Shown here: one piece after another, positions 62,122-64,000 of the stretch | Position numbering within the stretch: the stretch's first letter is position 1 | Layout: each line of letters opens with the position of its first letter | From: Escherichia coli | Lineage (GTDB): Bacteria > Pseudomonadota > Gammaproteobacteria > Enterobacterales > Enterobacteriaceae | DNA: 64,000 nucleotides | Direction: 5' to 3' (one strand) | NCBI RefSeq assembly: GCF_041248615.1 | Contig: NZ_CP158426.1 | Program-made: the position numbers and the translations under genes | Notes under the pieces: model-generated | Seen by the model: the letters and a program-made list of their open reading frames with translations, nothing else | Databases searched by the model: none | What the model was told of the DNA's origin: nothing

Positions 62122-62479
62122 TCTGACTGGGATCGCCGTAGCCAATAACTGGCTAATAAATAAGCTAAACCTGAATTTCCTTTCTGTCAAGACCACCAAA
62201 CAGACCACCTTAAGTTATACATGTCATTCTGACCTGCTCTCAGTTGATTAGTACACCCTGAAATTAGTAATGTCATTCATATGACCCTGACCCCAAACCC
62301 TGCTCCATTCAGAAACAGAATTCCGGCATGATACATACTCCCCCTGAACCGAGGTGGTACTGATGAAAAAAATCTCGATTCACCGAAGAGCATATTGTGT
62401 TTGCCTTGACGCAGAAGTTACCAGCATGACTCAACTTCAGCCGACTCAACCACTATCCCAAACCTCTAGGATCAGAAAC

Positions 62480-63718
<1,239 letters not shown>

Positions 63719-64000
63719 CTTGGTCTGGAGCTAGTGAGCAGAATGTATGACAGTGCTGTATGGCATCTATACAGAATTACGGGCAAAACGATGCCGCGAA
63801 ATGCGGATAGACAGGCTGCTTGTCAGTTATCGGAAGGCGCTTGCGAAAGTTACTGCGCCTGCAATTCCCGCTCTGTACAATCTGAAAAAGGGTAGGGCTT
63901 TGAATGTATGTGAGAATTATAACCCATCAATGCAATCTCCTGCGATTACAGCATCAAAATCAGCATCTTTGATAGCCTCAAAGCAAGCCCCTAATACGGG

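Noticed and set aside
62102-62180. A complete asnT tRNA gene upstream of yeeJ
   Set aside because: Only the 3'-terminal 20 nt of tRNA-Asn are present; adjacent sequence does not match the tRNA body and instead matches the island-end sequence seen at 47785-47808.

Overview
This window is an Escherichia coli-type chromosomal segment, in reverse orientation relative to the K-12 map, with three accessory blocks on a conserved backbone. All gene names come from recalled protein similarity, gene order and motif reading; no database search or computation was run.

Backbone: hisG (5' end) and hisL with attenuator, yefM-yoeB, yeeZ, yeeY, plaP, yeeE-yeeD, sbcB, dacD, sbmC (LexA box), yeeA, yeeX, then ldtA, three identical tRNA-Asn genes with nac, cbl and yeeO between them, and yeeN, amn, shiA, yeeL, yeeJ.

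Accessory block 1 (11.5-29.4 kb): a complete 1,2-propanediol utilisation microcompartment operon, pduA to pduV on the minus strand, with divergent pduF-pocR. A cobalamin riboswitch follows, but instead of the cbi genes it is followed by one unassigned 146-codon ORF and cobUST. pduW and pduX are not present.

Accessory block 2 (37.3-47.8 kb): a ~10.5 kb island inserted at asnW, bounded by a 20-bp direct repeat of the tRNA 3' end. It carries a frameshifted P4-type integrase, an AT-rich array of covarying GTGATTA-type palindromes, a tyrosine-recombinase remnant, a GC-rich structured spacer, a Cys-rich ORF with a Ner-like regulator, and an Rhs toxin whose low-GC C-terminal domain and downstream Sel1-repeat ORF are the best candidate for an undescribed toxin/immunity pair.

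Accessory block 3 (62.1-64.0 kb): the distal end of a second asn-tRNA-type island, marked by an inverted copy of the same island-end sequence and a degenerate IS911-like element.

yeeJ is unusually long, contains a near-identical 609-bp tandem duplication, and is split across three reading frames. Both yeeJ and the integrase frameshifts could be sequencing errors.
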